Shown here: positions 62,549 to 64,000 of the stretch, in pieces
Layout: each line of letters opens with the position of its first letter
How positions within the stretch are numbered: the stretch's first letter is position 1
Source of the DNA: an uncultured Bacteroides sp.
GTDB lineage: Bacteria; Bacteroidota; Bacteroidia; Bacteroidales; Bacteroidaceae
Length of the DNA stretch: 64,000 nucleotides
Reading direction: 5' to 3'
NCBI GenBank assembly: GCA_958453305.1
Contig: CAUDXH010000003.1
Coordinates: 20,637-84,636 of the forward strand
Notes under the pieces: model-generated
Databases searched by the model: none
What the model saw: the letters and a program-made list of their open reading frames with translations, nothing else
Told to the model about the DNA's origin: nothing
Position numbers and translations under genes: made by a program

Positions 62549-62786
62549 GTTACTTTTCTTTTTTTGATAATTTCTGCAAAAATACGAAAAACTTCATAGA
62601 TGAGGTCTGGAATTTGTCTGGTTTTTATTTTGTTGTATCATTTGTATTTCACCGGGAGAGAAGTCCGGACAGATGTATGAGGATAGTCTCTGCTTGTGAA
62701 GATGCAGAATGTTTTGCGGGAAAGGTGTTTTGACGGGATAAGTTTGTTACTTCCTGCCAATGGATTTGTCTATGCTAAAGACGGAG

Positions 62787-62882
62787 TTTTATATTCTTCC
62801 TAGCCGGAATATATATTTTACAAAGCCAGAATATATGTTCTGCAAAGCCAGAATGTATATTCTTCTATGGAAGAATATAAAA
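62787..62882. repeat. Small element: 14-bp terminal inverted repeats around ~22-bp tandem repeats
   Basis: TTTTATATTCTTCC ... GGAAGAATATAAAA flanking AGCC(G/A)GAAT(A/G)TAT x3. Confidence 0.65.
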
Positions 62883-62991
62883 TAGAAGGATAAGCAGCAA
62901 GAAACTTAAAGGGAAGAAGCAAGGAATAGGATGCGTGAGGTAGATGTTGGCATTGGGCATAGCGAAGAAGTATGGCTTATATGCCTTATTG

Positions 62992-63030
62992 AAAAAAGCC
63001 CTGCTGCATTTGGAAATTTGCGGCAGGGCT
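62992..63030 (-). terminator. Terminator after SusD
   Basis: AAAAAAGCCCTGCTGCA..TGCGGCAGGGCT. Confidence 0.75.
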
Positions 63031-63082
63031 GTGTGTAACTCCCGTTACGGAGAGTCGGTTTGATTATGGAAACTCAAGTGGA

Positions 63083-64000
63083 TTATTCGTATCCGTTTAC
63101 CTGAACAAGGTTCGGGTTCTTGTCAAGAATACTTTGAGCGAAGGGGAAGTAGCGGTGTTTAGGTTCGAACTTGCGCACTTCGATGAGTTTTTCTTCTGCA
63201 GAGGCATCTAATTTGATCGTAGCTCTGGTTTCAGGATCAGAATCGTTCATGTCAACGGTACCAACTCTTCTTTCCAGACGACCGTTTAACACGGTTTCTG
63301 CTACCATTTTTCCACTTGCATCTTTCCAGCGAAGGATGTCAGCACGGCGAAGCCCTTCTCCGGCAAATTCCACGCTGCGTTCGCGGTGAATCAGTTCGCG
63401 GAGCTTGTCTTTGGTATTGTATTTCTGTCTGTCCATGGCCGGCATACCGGTTCTGGTACGTACCTTGTCTATCTTATCGAACACATCCTTCGACGGACCG
63501 TTCAGTTCGTTTTCGGCTTCAGCCCAAGTAAGCAAGACTTCGGCAAACCGGAAGACGATAGGACAAGCGTTTGTATTCCATATATCCGTGTATTGTGTGA
63601 TAGGCGACAGGTATTTGTTCCAAGTAAGTCCGGTTTTAGAGGCATTGTCGGCCGATGTCATAAAGTTAGGGTTCGAAGCCTTTTCCCCTTTGGCGTTTAC
63701 AAGTTCTTTATCTAAAGTATTGAATACCGCTGCTGAACCATCGCTTTTTACATAATTGGCACCCGGATAGATAACAGTAAGAGCTAAACGCGGGTCACGT
63801 CCTTTGAACGGATGTTTTTCATCGTATCCTGAACCGTCTTCGTCAATGGTCTTTCCGTTTGCCATTTCGTAGGCATCTACCAACTGATAAGTAGGCACGA
63901 TTGAAGACCAACCCCCGTCGCCGTTATTATACATCTGACCAATTACACCCAGTGGCTTGGTAGAATTGATGTATTGCACAGCCAAGATGATTTCTTTTGA
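63083..64000 (-). CDS. SusD/RagB lipoprotein, C-terminal part (starts beyond the window)
   Basis: PTYQLVDAYEM, RDPRL, FRFAEVLLTWAEA, ERSVEFAGEGLRRADILRW, NPNLVQ..GY. Confidence 0.92.
   Translation of the reverse strand, partial: SKEIILAVQYINSTKPLGVIGQMYNNGDGGWSSIVPTYQLVDAYEMANGKTIDEDGSGYDEKHPFKGRDPRLALTVIYPGANYVKSDGSAAVFNTLDKELVNAKGEKASNPNFMTSADNASKTGLTWNKYLSPITQYTDIWNTNACPIVFRFAEVLLTWAEAENELNGPSKDVFDKIDKVRTRTGMPAMDRQKYNTKDKLRELIHRERSVEFAGEGLRRADILRWKDASGKMVAETVLNGRLERRVGTVDMNDSDPETRATIKLDASAEEKLIEVRKFEPKHRYFPFAQSILDKNPNLVQVNGYE

Overview
Bacteroidales (Bacteroides/Phocaeicola-like) chromosomal window in three parts. (1) 1-26.6 kb: an HTCS-regulated polysaccharide utilisation locus (PUL). 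It carries two beta-L-arabinofuranosidase-family genes (GH146-like, GH127), SusC/SusD, a DUF4859-like surface lipoprotein, a surface BACON + HExxH metallopeptidase-like lipoprotein, a retaining-type GH97, three GH43s, a gene remnant and a GH35. The most interesting reading is a system for plant hydroxyproline-rich glycoprotein (extensin/AGP) glycans. (2) 26.8-42 kb: rpmE2, then a divergent ECF-sigma/anti-sigma PUL with an STN-type SusC, SusD and three GH92 alpha-mannosidases. It resembles the high-mannose N-glycan PUL but has no endoglycosidase, and both arms share a TAAGT-N16-TTGTTAT motif. (3) 42-64 kb: housekeeping genes (menA, nadD, gmk, yicC, tsaB, murA, rimM, M23, dxr, rseP, S9 peptidase, RsmF-like, U32/RlhA-like, metA) and a partial SusD. 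About 47-61.6 kb is markedly GC-richer, and its spacers carry a recurring dispersed motif plus A/C-rich tandem repeats. No rRNA, tRNA, CRISPR, transposase or integrase was seen. Family calls come from motif recognition by eye, not database searches.
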